From positions 1,272-65,271 of IMG/VR virus record IMGVR_UViG_3300043410_000857: a DNA stretch of 64,000 nt. The stretch is one strand, 5' to 3'. The DNA is from a virus (taxonomy: Duplodnaviria > Caudoviricetes). Shown here in pieces: positions 8,683-17,031 of this stretch. Position 1 is the first letter of the stretch; each line of letters begins with the position of its first letter. A program made the position numbers and the translations under genes. The notes below the pieces were generated by a model. The model was not told where the DNA came from, made no database searches, and saw nothing but the letters and a program-made list of their open reading frames with translations.

Positions 8683-9027
8683 ATGAAACGAGCAGACCAA
8701 ATATATAACAAAGTATTAGACGCGATGCAATTAGCTGATGAGATAGAGGGAATAGAAGACCCAAAAGAATATCAGAACTTAATGCAACGGATAGAGAACA
8801 CGGCACGAGTTAGGTTTTATAACTCAGTTGATTGGGAAAGAGATAATAAACAAAAATTTATTTCGGTCGATGAGATGACATCTAAACTTGTTAAGTTTGA
8901 AGCAGACTATTTAATAGAACACGAAGAATATTTATATGATATGCTTAGAGACGGCTTTAAGGGATTCGATAACTTTAGTGATGAAGAAATAGTTAAAGCA
9001 TATATGGATAAATTTGGGGAGGATTAA
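8683..9027 (+). CDS. Hypothetical protein
   Basis: GGAGG RBS. Confidence 0.65.
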   Translation: MKRADQIYNKVLDAMQLADEIEGIEDPKEYQNLMQRIENTARVRFYNSVDWERDNKQKFISVDEMTSKLVKFEADYLIEHEEYLYDMLRDGFKGFDNFSDEEIVKAYMDKFGED

Positions 9028-9292
9028 GATGAATAAAGAATGGACGGCAGAGAAGTTTGAACCTGCAGAGGAATGGTATGACGAGTTAGAAGACGGAGTT
9101 GAGTACTGTGTTTATTGCTATGAAGAAGCGATGGATAAAATAGGTTGTTGTGGAGAGAATCACTTCTTGACAGGCAAAGAAATAAAAGACTACGAGAAAT
9201 CAAGTAAAACCTATGACCCACCAATGACACAGACAGAAGAGTATTTACTAAACAAAGAACGTGAAGAGGAGCATAAGAGTTATGATTATTGA
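9014..9292 (+). CDS. Hypothetical protein with Cys cluster
   Basis: YCVYC...GCCGENHF putative Zn site. Confidence 0.6.
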   Translation: MGRIKMNKEWTAEKFEPAEEWYDELEDGVEYCVYCYEEAMDKIGCCGENHFLTGKEIKDYEKSSKTYDPPMTQTEEYLLNKEREEEHKSYDY

Positions 9293-9461
9293 AGACATTG
9301 AGTTAGATACGATAACGCTGACAGGCAGATACTATATTGAAAACCAAGTAGAGCCGGAAGAATTTGTAATGAGGAGTGACGCATTGTCAGACGAGACGCT
9401 GAATATGATTTTTAGAGACCTAGGAAGAAGAAATATAAAACTAGAAAGGGTAGAGAAATGA
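9261..9461 (+). CDS. Hypothetical protein
   Basis: ORF in early array; start probably MIIED. Confidence 0.55.
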   Translation: MKRSIRVMIIEDIELDTITLTGRYYIENQVEPEEFVMRSDALSDETLNMIFRDLGRRNIKLERVEK

Positions 9462-9785
9462 GTTTAAATTACGCAACACCAAGTATTAATTATATGAGAC
9501 AATATATAACCGAGTACATCAAAGCACGATACCCAAAGTCGCAGTTTAGCGAGGAAGTATTTGATGATGACACGATAAAAGAAATGTATGCAGAAGTTAA
9601 TAGCAAATATAGGGAATAAAAATGACAGATAAAGAAAAAGGAAAACAGATTATCGTAGAGCAAGTGGTCGTGACAGGCTACGTTAAACATAGTAATGGCA
9701 GAAAAACACCGTTCGCATTCAACAAGAACGATTTTAAACCTAATGATTTAGTAGGTATTTTTGAAGGAGTAGGGAGGATATATAA

Positions 9786-10025
9786 ATGACAGAAGAACAG
9801 AACATGACGCCAGAGCAACGACAGTTTGAAGAAGCCATTATAGATATGGCCGTGGCCGAGCATCACAAATACTGCATGGTATATAAAAGAGCCAAGTCAG
9901 AGAAAGATGCACGGATGTTTTATACTGCGTTCAAACTAGGTGTCACCAAGGGTATGCAATACGCAACAAATAAAATCATAGAACACAACTTAAAAGTGGA
10001 GGAAGAAAATGGAAACAATAGATAA
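9786..10025 (+). CDS. Hypothetical protein
   Basis: GGAGG RBS. Confidence 0.6.
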   Translation: MTEEQNMTPEQRQFEEAIIDMAVAEHHKYCMVYKRAKSEKDARMFYTAFKLGVTKGMQYATNKIIEHNLKVEEENGNNR

Positions 10026-10354
10026 TGTAATGGAAGAAGTGCAAAAGGATATGGCAACAAGATATGATGCCGAGTTTAACAAGATTAGATTCTATGTGGA
10101 TACGGCGTATGAGTTAGGTTTATCACATGGTAGAGCCTCAGCAAAAACAGAAATCATTAACTTAATACAAGGGGATAACAAATGAAACGAGAACTAAAAA
10201 GCAAAATGGTATACGACGCATGGAAAGAATATGATAGGGAGATAACTATGAGTGAGTATGTGACCGTACCAAAGGCTAGGCTTCGCCGTTTAATTGTGAC
10301 AGAAGTGATTGCATGGGGAATTAGTGTGTTCCTATTACTAATAAGTGTGTTAAG

Positions 10355-10552
10355 ATGATAGACCAAGTTAAGAAAAAGGAAATCGTAAACGCATACATCA
10401 CTGCAATCTTGTCGACTGATGACGTAGAGAAAAATATAAATCATGTGGGTGAGATAACAAAGCATTTATCTTTAGAAGAGATTCAAGAATGTAGAGCAGA
10501 GGCGTTAGCATTTATATATAGCGAACCCGTAAACAAGAACCAAGTAAACTAA
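10355..10552 (+). CDS. Hypothetical protein
   Basis: ATGA overlap with upstream small membrane-protein ORF. Confidence 0.55.
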   Translation: MIDQVKKKEIVNAYITAILSTDDVEKNINHVGEITKHLSLEEIQECRAEALAFIYSEPVNKNQVN

Positions 10553-10562
10553 GGAGAACCAT

Positions 10563-10829
10563 ATGAAAAGAGTAGCAGTTGATTTATCAGAAGGACAACG
10601 AGAGTTATTACGCCAAGCATCAAGTGGTTTATCAGGGCAAGAGTGGGACAAACTTCCACCGGCCGAGAAGCGTGAGTATATGACCAAGTTAAACAAAGTG
10701 ATTGATTGGTTAGTCGAGATTAACCCATATGCCTTCGGCGTATCAACCATCAAGCAACACTTTGGTAGAACAAGAACAGAAGCGATTGAAAGAAACAGAG
10801 AAGAGAAAGAGGAGAAAGATAATGACTAA
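10563..10829 (+). CDS. Hypothetical protein
   Basis: AAGGAG RBS. Confidence 0.6.
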   Translation: MKRVAVDLSEGQRELLRQASSGLSGQEWDKLPPAEKREYMTKLNKVIDWLVEINPYAFGVSTIKQHFGRTRTEAIERNREEKEEKDND

Positions 10830-11103
10830 GTTTAGCGCAGTTGTAGAAGTTAGTATGGACGATGTATATCTCAAGCAAGTAGAGAGTTGGGGAGTAGAAC
10901 CAAGTGACCATGTTGCAACCCTACTCACCGAACACTTACGCGAGAAAGGCCTTGTCGCCAAGGCATCGGTACTAGAATCAGAACACACATTATTTGAAAG
11001 GTTAAAGAAACATCAAGAACACTTAATACAAGCGGATGCTTATAATGATTTAGAAGAAGAGATTATTAGCCGTGCTTGTATTGGTGGAGTATGTGAGGAT
11101 TAA
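10822..11103 (+). CDS. Hypothetical protein with C-terminal CxxGxCED
   Basis: GAGGAG RBS before ATG 10822. Confidence 0.6.
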   Translation: MTKFSAVVEVSMDDVYLKQVESWGVEPSDHVATLLTEHLREKGLVAKASVLESEHTLFERLKKHQEHLIQADAYNDLEEEIISRACIGGVCED

Positions 11104-11104
11104 T

Positions 11105-11305
11105 ATGAGAACATTAGAAGATTTAATTAATGAACAAAGTATGTTTGAAGATAGCGCGTTAGAAGATGCGAGTGCGTATGCTCGTATGGTGAACAACGGT
11201 GCTAATAGATTCAAGACACAATCCTTCAATATATTTAAGGCAGTAGAAGATGGTATGAAGTTAAGCATCCAACAACAACGAGGAGAAGTAGCATGGAAGA
11301 AGTAG
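11105..11305 (+). CDS. Hypothetical protein
   Basis: GAGG RBS before ATG 11105. Confidence 0.55.
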   Translation: MRTLEDLINEQSMFEDSALEDASAYARMVNNGANRFKTQSFNIFKAVEDGMKLSIQQQRGEVAWKK

Positions 11306-11502
11306 GACAAAAAATACAAGACAAATCAGTAGAACTTGTGACAGATTTTATGATGAATAAATTTACATTCGGAGAAGCTATGGCATCACTATCTATGGCG
11401 ATGATTACCATTGCTCAAACTACAGGGGTAGATAGACAAACTTTCGTAGACAACATGGGTAATGATTGGGACAGAATAATTAAAAGCAAGAAAACACACT
11501 AA
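11293..11502 (+). CDS. Hypothetical protein
   Basis: GAGGAG RBS. Confidence 0.6.
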   Translation: MEEVGQKIQDKSVELVTDFMMNKFTFGEAMASLSMAMITIAQTTGVDRQTFVDNMGNDWDRIIKSKKTH

Positions 11503-11513
11503 GGAGAAGTATC

Positions 11514-11795
11514 ATGAATGAACCAATACAGAAAGATTTATTTGAACAGACAGATGCAAACGTACGTGAACATTGGAACAACCTCGCTAGTAATTTCTTA
11601 GTAGGTAAAACAATTAGACGTGTACGATACTTAGATGATCGTGAAAAAGATGACATCGCTTGGAGTCATTCCGGTTTAGTGATTGAGTTTACGGACGGTC
11701 ATTGGATAGTACCGATGAGTGATGATGAAGGTAATGATGCCGGTGCGTTATGGACATCAAGCCAATCAGAAGTTAATGTCTTACCGGTAATTTAA
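11514..11795 (+). CDS. Conserved hypothetical phage protein
   Basis: LVGKTIRRVRYL...PMSDDEGNDAGAL motif; AAGGAG RBS. Confidence 0.7.
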   Translation: MNEPIQKDLFEQTDANVREHWNNLASNFLVGKTIRRVRYLDDREKDDIAWSHSGLVIEFTDGHWIVPMSDDEGNDAGALWTSSQSEVNVLPVI

Positions 11796-11796
11796 T

Positions 11797-12132
11797 ATGG
11801 GAACGGCACTCGTTAGAATGAAAAGCGATAAACAGATTGTGGGTATGTTTGTTTATAAGAATGAGAAAGATTTATTTTGGTTAGTAGACCAAGCCACAGA
11901 CCCGTATGACTGTGAGTATGTAGACATCGATCATGGTGGTCTTATATGGTTAGGTCAATCTGAAAAACTTGTCGATGATGAGTATCAGAAGTGGGTCGAT
12001 GAAAGTGAAGATGAAGACGCACCTCATGAAATGATATTTAATAATGCAACGATTGATGAGTATGCTTATGATCGAGTTGTCGCTAATGAATGGATAGATG
12101 TGACCGATGATGAGGAGAACTATTACAGATGA
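11797..12132 (+). CDS. Hypothetical acidic protein
   Basis: 111-aa ORF in operon. Confidence 0.6.
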   Translation: MGTALVRMKSDKQIVGMFVYKNEKDLFWLVDQATDPYDCEYVDIDHGGLIWLGQSEKLVDDEYQKWVDESEDEDAPHEMIFNNATIDEYAYDRVVANEWIDVTDDEENYYR

Positions 12133-12416
12133 CACCCGAAGGTAAAGTAAAGAAGCAAGTTAAAAAGATATTAGATGATCTTGGTGCATACCATTTCTCA
12201 CCTATGACCGCAGGTTATGGTAAGAGTGGTGTGCCTGATATCATTGCTTGTTATAAAGGATGCTTCATTGGAATCGAATGCAAGGCCGGAAAGAATGAAC
12301 CTACGTTGTTGCAAAAACACAACATGAAACAGATCATTGCTCAGAAAGGCTTGGCAATCGTGGTAAATGAGAGTAATATTGAGGAACTATTAGCCATGCT
12401 AAAGGAGTTAGAATGA
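12129..12416 (+). CDS. VRR-NUC domain nuclease (putative Holliday junction resolvase)
   Basis: TPEGKVK, GVPDII, IECKAG, PTLLQ: PD-(D/E)xK VRR-NUC signature. Confidence 0.85.
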   Translation: MTPEGKVKKQVKKILDDLGAYHFSPMTAGYGKSGVPDIIACYKGCFIGIECKAGKNEPTLLQKHNMKQIIAQKGLAIVVNESNIEELLAMLKELE

Positions 12417-12703
12417 CTAGATTAAGAACTATTCTTAATAAGTACAAAGGTAAAGCACTTAAGTTTACCAAAAAAATCAAGGACAATGTGAATCACCCTT
12501 CACATTACACACAAGGCGCGATCGAATGTATCGACGCTATCAAGGAAGCCACCAAAGGACTATTCGGTATTGAGGCGGTATGCACTGCCAACATTATTAA
12601 ATACGTCTGGCGTTGGAAATTTAAAAACGGTATCGAGGATTTGCGTAAAGCAAGATGGTATCTCGATCGTCTTATCGATGAAGTATCCCACACAAAGAAC
12701 TGA
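12413..12703 (+). CDS. DUF3310 protein (T7 gp1.7-like nucleotide kinase family)
   Basis: DNVNHPSHY, IECIDAI, NIIKYVWR, KNGIEDLRKARWYL. Confidence 0.88.
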   Translation: MTRLRTILNKYKGKALKFTKKIKDNVNHPSHYTQGAIECIDAIKEATKGLFGIEAVCTANIIKYVWRWKFKNGIEDLRKARWYLDRLIDEVSHTKN

Positions 12704-12713
12704 TACCTGTTCC
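12701..12713 (-). repeat. Conserved motif, copy 3 (inverted core)
   Basis: TGATACCTGTTCC is the exact reverse complement of GGAACAGGTATCA (6581-6593). Confidence 0.65.
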
Positions 12714-12731
12714 TAAGAAGAAGGAGGACAT

Positions 12732-13118
12732 ATGCTAGATCAAGCATTGTTATGCCTCGCGACCACCATTTACATGGAGTCTGCGCATGAGCCACGTGAA
12801 GCCCAAGTTGCCGTAGGATACGTCTTGTATCGACGGGCTGACTTTGACCACAAGCAAATATGTAATGAGATGAAAAAACCTGCTCAGTTTAGTTGGTATG
12901 GATTTATTAAACCACCGTCGGTGATCCGACAGGAATATAAAGATATAGCATACCGAGTATTACATAGATTAGAAATTGATTATAGTTATGGAGCAACAAA
13001 TTTTCATGATACGACTATACAAAAACCAAAGTCGTGGTACAATTTAAAACCTGTGGTCAGATGGTCACACTTAATATTTTATAAACAAGGCGAAACAAAA
13101 TATGCAAGAAACCCTTAA
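12732..13118 (+). CDS. SleB/CwlJ-like cell wall hydrolase (Hydrolase_2)
   Basis: CLATTIYMESAHEP, VAVGYV, AQFSW, GATNFH, HLIFY. Confidence 0.8.
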   Translation: MLDQALLCLATTIYMESAHEPREAQVAVGYVLYRRADFDHKQICNEMKKPAQFSWYGFIKPPSVIRQEYKDIAYRVLHRLEIDYSYGATNFHDTTIQKPKSWYNLKPVVRWSHLIFYKQGETKYARNP

Positions 13119-13353
13119 ACAACCTTACGCGTGGGCGACAGAAGAATACAATATAAATGGTGAACTTGTATGGTCATCCATTACTCAATTTCGCCCGAAA
13201 GAACTCTCTTGGATTCGCGATCTGCCAACCAAGAAACATCACATCGTGATAACACCTCTTTACAAAGATGAGGCCAATGCAGAAAAGATTACAGGCATTA
13301 AGAGTTATAAAGAATCAACCAAAAAATTAACAGAAGCATTTGGAGGACTATGA
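13102..13353 (+). CDS. Hypothetical protein
   Basis: ORF in operon. Confidence 0.6.
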   Translation: MQETLKQPYAWATEEYNINGELVWSSITQFRPKELSWIRDLPTKKHHIVITPLYKDEANAEKITGIKSYKESTKKLTEAFGGL

Positions 13354-13562
13354 TGAAGAATCTAATAAGTCAAAAGTGGGTAGTAATCATTACAATGTTT
13401 TTAATAGGATACTTTACTTGCTTGGCAATAGGGGTCTACACTACAACACAAAAGAAATACAAAATGAATCTTAAATGTGTACAAGGCGAACTCTATGAAG
13501 AGATTAGACCTAACATGTTTGTGAAGTCTCACCTAGAATGTTTTGAGCAAAGAACTTTTTAA
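13350..13562 (+). CDS. Membrane-anchored hypothetical protein
   Basis: N-terminal TM segment and a Cys pair. Confidence 0.6.
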   Translation: MMKNLISQKWVVIITMFLIGYFTCLAIGVYTTTQKKYKMNLKCVQGELYEEIRPNMFVKSHLECFEQRTF

Positions 13563-13672
13563 ATGCTTGACGCTATAAGATTAATATGGGCAATTCTAAC
13601 TGCGTATGTATCAACACCTGATACGCCGAAAGAACCACCATGTCAACCAAGTCAACAATGTGAGATCAAGAA

Positions 13673-13804
13673 ATGAAATATGTTATTGTAGGTGTATTGT
13701 GCATATTAACAGGGTGTGCTAATTTCGCCGCGTCTGTAGGTGGCACGTTCGTAGGTAACATAGCCTCTGATAGAGTCATAAAAGAGATGGACAAAAAGAA
13801 ATGA
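13673..13804 (+). CDS. Small lipoprotein (not in ORF track)
   Basis: MKYVIVGVLCILTG-CANFAASVGGTFVGNIASDRVIKEMDKKK*; lipobox LTGC; ATGA-coupled. Confidence 0.65.
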   Translation: MKYVIVGVLCILTGCANFAASVGGTFVGNIASDRVIKEMDKKK

Positions 13805-13937
13805 TTGTTTACAGAGTTTTAAATTTGTTTGGAGTAAGAAAGCGATGTGTTAAACAACGCAAATCAGATAAAAATAAAAGATTGCGTGACAAGTTAAAAA
13901 GAATTAGAGGACATAGATATTGGTGGAAGGAAGTAGA

Positions 13938-14129
13938 ATGATTCCGTTTAGTTATGCCATAGTAGATGATGAAGGTGAAGTAATACGTAAACACAGATGG
14001 TCTGTCAAGGAGGCTAAATGGTTTACAGAGAACAACCCAGGTGTTAAAGTAATTAAACTAGTTACAGAAAAGATTAAGGAAATTGGATATGATGAACTTA
14101 GTAAACTATGTGGCGAAGCGCCATATTAA
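13938..14129 (+). CDS. Hypothetical protein
   Basis: ORF in operon. Confidence 0.55.
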   Translation: MIPFSYAIVDDEGEVIRKHRWSVKEAKWFTENNPGVKVIKLVTEKIKEIGYDELSKLCGEAPY

Positions 14130-14343
14130 TCTTGATACAGTAAAAGACTTAGTACAAGACGAATTAGAGTTAGCTAATAAAATTAATCAATACTTTAAAG
14201 AGAAGAAACCATTACATAGAAAAGATGTGTTAGATTATTTTGGTATTACAAAACATATGTTCTATAAATTAAAATATGCGAATGCTATTAAAGTACCTGC
14301 ATACATGACAACTAAACAAATAAGAATACATAGATATAAATGA
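14083..14343 (+). CDS. Hypothetical, possible HTH protein
   Basis: RKDVLDYFGITKHMFYKL resembles a helix-turn-helix. Confidence 0.5.
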   Translation: MDMMNLVNYVAKRHINLDTVKDLVQDELELANKINQYFKEKKPLHRKDVLDYFGITKHMFYKLKYANAIKVPAYMTTKQIRIHRYK

Positions 14344-14537
14344 TGAGTGATGAAGCAGATATAGCAAACGATTTAGCGCAACATGCAATTGATGTAGCCA
14401 TAAGGAATGCACATGATAAAGTCAAAAAACCTTCTAATCAGACAGGGTGTTGTATCTGGTGTGAAACACCGGTCAAAGATGATAGACGTTGGTGTTCGAT
14501 TGAATGCCGAAACGAATTTGAGAAATACGCAAACTAA
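14340..14537 (+). CDS. TraR/DksA-like C4 zinc-finger protein
   Basis: N-terminal DEADIA (DxxDxA) helix; CxxC...CxxxC. Confidence 0.7.
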   Translation: MMSDEADIANDLAQHAIDVAIRNAHDKVKKPSNQTGCCIWCETPVKDDRRWCSIECRNEFEKYAN

Positions 14538-14550
14538 GAGGAGAAAATTT

Positions 14551-14790
14551 GTGAATGACGCAAAATTACAAGGGTTAGAACCATGGCAAATGAAAATATT
14601 TGCAAAGAACGCAAAACGTGGATGGAGATTCTTCCAACCTGATTCGATTGAGAAGCCAACACCTCGTTCTGCTTATGAAGCTTGGGGTAGTAGTTATAAC
14701 CGAGATGACTTCGAGAAAAAAGAAAAACGCTACCAAAGAATTATGGCTTGTATATTTATCGTGGCTCTGATATTATTATCGATATTGTAA
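14551..14790 (+). CDS. Hypothetical protein with C-terminal TM helix
   Basis: GAGGAG RBS before GTG 14551; PRSAYEAWG motif. Confidence 0.55.
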   Translation: MNDAKLQGLEPWQMKIFAKNAKRGWRFFQPDSIEKPTPRSAYEAWGSSYNRDDFEKKEKRYQRIMACIFIVALILLSIL

Positions 14791-14796
14791 AGGTTA

Positions 14797-14868
14797 TGGG
14801 CGAAAGCACTTATATGTTTAAATTCGTGATGGTATTTTTGCTATATATTAACCGCGAGTAGCCCACCA
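14797..14868 (+). ncRNA. Candidate structured RNA A (loop-E stem, ACCA end)
   Basis: TGGGC-GAAAGC...GCGAGTA-GCCCA-CCA. Confidence 0.5.
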
Positions 14869-14879
14869 AAAATCCTACA

Positions 14880-14965
14880 ATGCAAGTAGGCCAGCCAGAG
14901 ATCATATACTCCTTATCGGCTGGGGTCAATGACGGCACCGCTATCTGTCGTTTGCATAAGATAGC
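14880..14965 (+). ncRNA. Candidate structured RNA B (three-way junction plus pseudoknot)
   Basis: ATGCAA/TTGCAT, CCAGCC/GGCTGG, AATGACGG/CTGTCGTT; loop GCTAT can pair with downstream ATAGC. Confidence 0.4.
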
Positions 14966-14972
14966 AAAGATA

Positions 14973-15148
14973 TGAGGGAAAGTAACACGGGCAACACGGA
15001 TGACGGCGACGCTGTTTAACAGTATCCACCCGCACATCGAGGTCGGGAAGTCTGCCTTATGCGTTAGAATTAACGTTGAGTGCTGTGACTGCAACCTTGG
15101 GAACCCGACGTGGCTAGTAGTGTACAGACTAGTATAAGTACCTCACCA
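14973..15148 (+). ncRNA. Candidate structured RNA C (multibranch, loop-E stem, ACCA end)
   Basis: TGAGG-GAAAGT...ATAAGTA-CCTCA-CCA; internal stems CGGG/CCCG, GGATG/TATCC, CTGTT/AACAG, GTCGGG/CCCGAC, CGTTA/TAACG, CTAGT/ACTAG. Confidence 0.55.
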
Positions 15149-15171
15149 ATTTAAAACGCGGAAGGGCGCAC

Positions 15172-17031
15172 ATGCAATTAGTAACACTAGACTTTGAGAC
15201 CTACTATGACGTAGGTTTTTCACTTTCAGGTTTAACCACAGAGGAGTACATCAGAGATGAAAGATTCCAAGTTATCGGCGTTGGTATTAAAATTAACGAA
15301 GGCGAAACGGAGTGGTATACGGGCAGTCAAGCCGGTGATGCGCTTAGTAAAATTAACTGGAAAGAATCCGCGCTCTTATGTCACAACACTCAGTTTGACG
15401 GTGGCATTCTGTCTTTCAGGTATGGTATTGTTCCTAGTTTATACCTTGATACTTTGTCTATGGCTCGCGCTATTAATGGCGTTGACGCCGGTGGAAGCCT
15501 TGCTTATTTGGTTGAAAGATATGAACTTGGCGCTAAAGGTACCGAAGTCGTTGACGCGAAAGGCAAGAGGTTAGAAGATTTTAACGATGACGATCTATTA
15601 AGATATGGTAGTTATTGTATCAACGACGTTGAACTCACATACAAGTTATTCCAAGTATTAGCACCGCAATTCCCCGAAGAAGAAATCAAACTTATTGACA
15701 TGACCTTGCGCATGTACACCGAGCCTACACTTGAGGTCGATGACGCCCTTTTACAAGCTAGGTTAGAAGAAGTCCAAACAGAGAAGCAGTTATTGTTACA
15801 AGGTTTAATGAGTAAACTCGAGTGTCAAACGGAAGAAGAAGTTCGTGCTAAGTTAGCATCGAATAAACAATTTGCAGAGCTCTTAGTTGAGCTTGGTATT
15901 ACGCCACCTACAAAAATAAGCCCAACAACAGGCAAAGAAACATTTGCATTAGCAAAAGGTGACCAAGCATTCTTAGATTTATGTGAACACGAAGATCCAT
16001 TTATTCAAGAACTTTGTCGCGTGAGGTTGGGTACTAAAAGTACTATAGAAGAATCTCGTATTGAAAGGTTCATCGGTATTGGTTCGCGTAATAAAGGTAA
16101 GCTTCCTATTCCGTTGAAGTATTATGGCGCACATACAGGTCGATGGGCAGGTTCAGATAAAGTTAACTTCCAAAACTTACCCGCAAGAGATAAGAAAAAG
16201 AAAGCCCTCAAGAACGCGGTCATCGCACCACAAGGACACCAAGTCATAAACTGTGACTCATCTCAAATTGAGGCTCGTGTTTTAGTTTGGGTAGCAGGAC
16301 AGAACGATGTATTGAATTGGTATGCAGAAGGTCGCGATGTATATTGTGAGTTTGCTACTAAAGTCTATGGTAAACCTATTACAAAGAAAGATAATACAGA
16401 ACGTGCCGTAGGTAAGACTTGTATTCTAGGACTAGGTTATGGCACAGGATGGGCAAAGCTACAACATACACTTAAAATCGCTGCCGGTGTAGAGTTTGAT
16501 GAACAAGAATGTAAACGCCTCGTAGGTGTGTATCGCGAGGTTAATGATAAGGTAATCCAGTTATGGAAAGCATGCGATGATGCATTACAAGATATTGCAA
16601 TATGGCCAAAAGGTAAAGAGCCATATCATCTAGGTCCTACAAAAGCTTTACTTGTAACACCTAAGGGCATACAATTACCGAACGGATTATATATTACATA
16701 TCCTGGACTTACGTGGGATACTTCAGAATCAAAGAGTAAATTTGTATATAAATCAAGACGGGGCTTTAATAGTATATGGGGTGGATCCGTAGTGGAGAAT
16801 GTGATTCAAGCGTTAGCCCGTATTATTGTAGGCCAACAGATGTTAGAGATTAATAAAAAGTATCGTCCTGTGTTAACGGTTCACGATGCGGTAGTCTGTG
16901 TTGTTCCGAAGATAGAAGTAAATGAAGCCCTTTCCTTCATAACTACGACTATGTCTAATCCTCCTAGTTGGGCAGCCGGACTACCTGTAGCGTGTGAAGC
17001 AAAGCATGGCGATAGTTATGGAGATTGTTAA
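15172..17031 (+). CDS. polA: DNA polymerase family A with 3'-5' exonuclease
   Basis: ExoI LDFETY, HNTQFD, YCINDV; HTGRW, NFQNLP; motif A DSSQIEAR, motif B RAVGKTCILGLGYG, motif C TVHDAV. Confidence 0.95.
   Translation: MQLVTLDFETYYDVGFSLSGLTTEEYIRDERFQVIGVGIKINEGETEWYTGSQAGDALSKINWKESALLCHNTQFDGGILSFRYGIVPSLYLDTLSMARAINGVDAGGSLAYLVERYELGAKGTEVVDAKGKRLEDFNDDDLLRYGSYCINDVELTYKLFQVLAPQFPEEEIKLIDMTLRMYTEPTLEVDDALLQARLEEVQTEKQLLLQGLMSKLECQTEEEVRAKLASNKQFAELLVELGITPPTKISPTTGKETFALAKGDQAFLDLCEHEDPFIQELCRVRLGTKSTIEESRIERFIGIGSRNKGKLPIPLKYYGAHTGRWAGSDKVNFQNLPARDKKKKALKNAVIAPQGHQVINCDSSQIEARVLVWVAGQNDVLNWYAEGRDVYCEFATKVYGKPITKKDNTERAVGKTCILGLGYGTGWAKLQHTLKIAAGVEFDEQECKRLVGVYREVNDKVIQLWKACDDALQDIAIWPKGKEPYHLGPTKALLVTPKGIQLPNGLYITYPGLTWDTSESKSKFVYKSRRGFNSIWGGSVVENVIQALARIIVGQQMLEINKKYRPVLTVHDAVVCVVPKIEVNEALSFITTTMSNPPSWAAGLPVACEAKHGDSYGDC

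Noticed and set aside
14810-15094. 94-aa - strand ORF upstream of polA
   Set aside because: Antisense to the whole + arm, no RBS; the region is better explained by RNA structure
14797-15148. tRNA or tmRNA genes suggested by the ACCA ends
   Set aside because: No T-arm (GTTCRA), D-arm or 7-bp acceptor stem, and too short for tmRNA with no tag ORF; kept as novel RNA candidates instead
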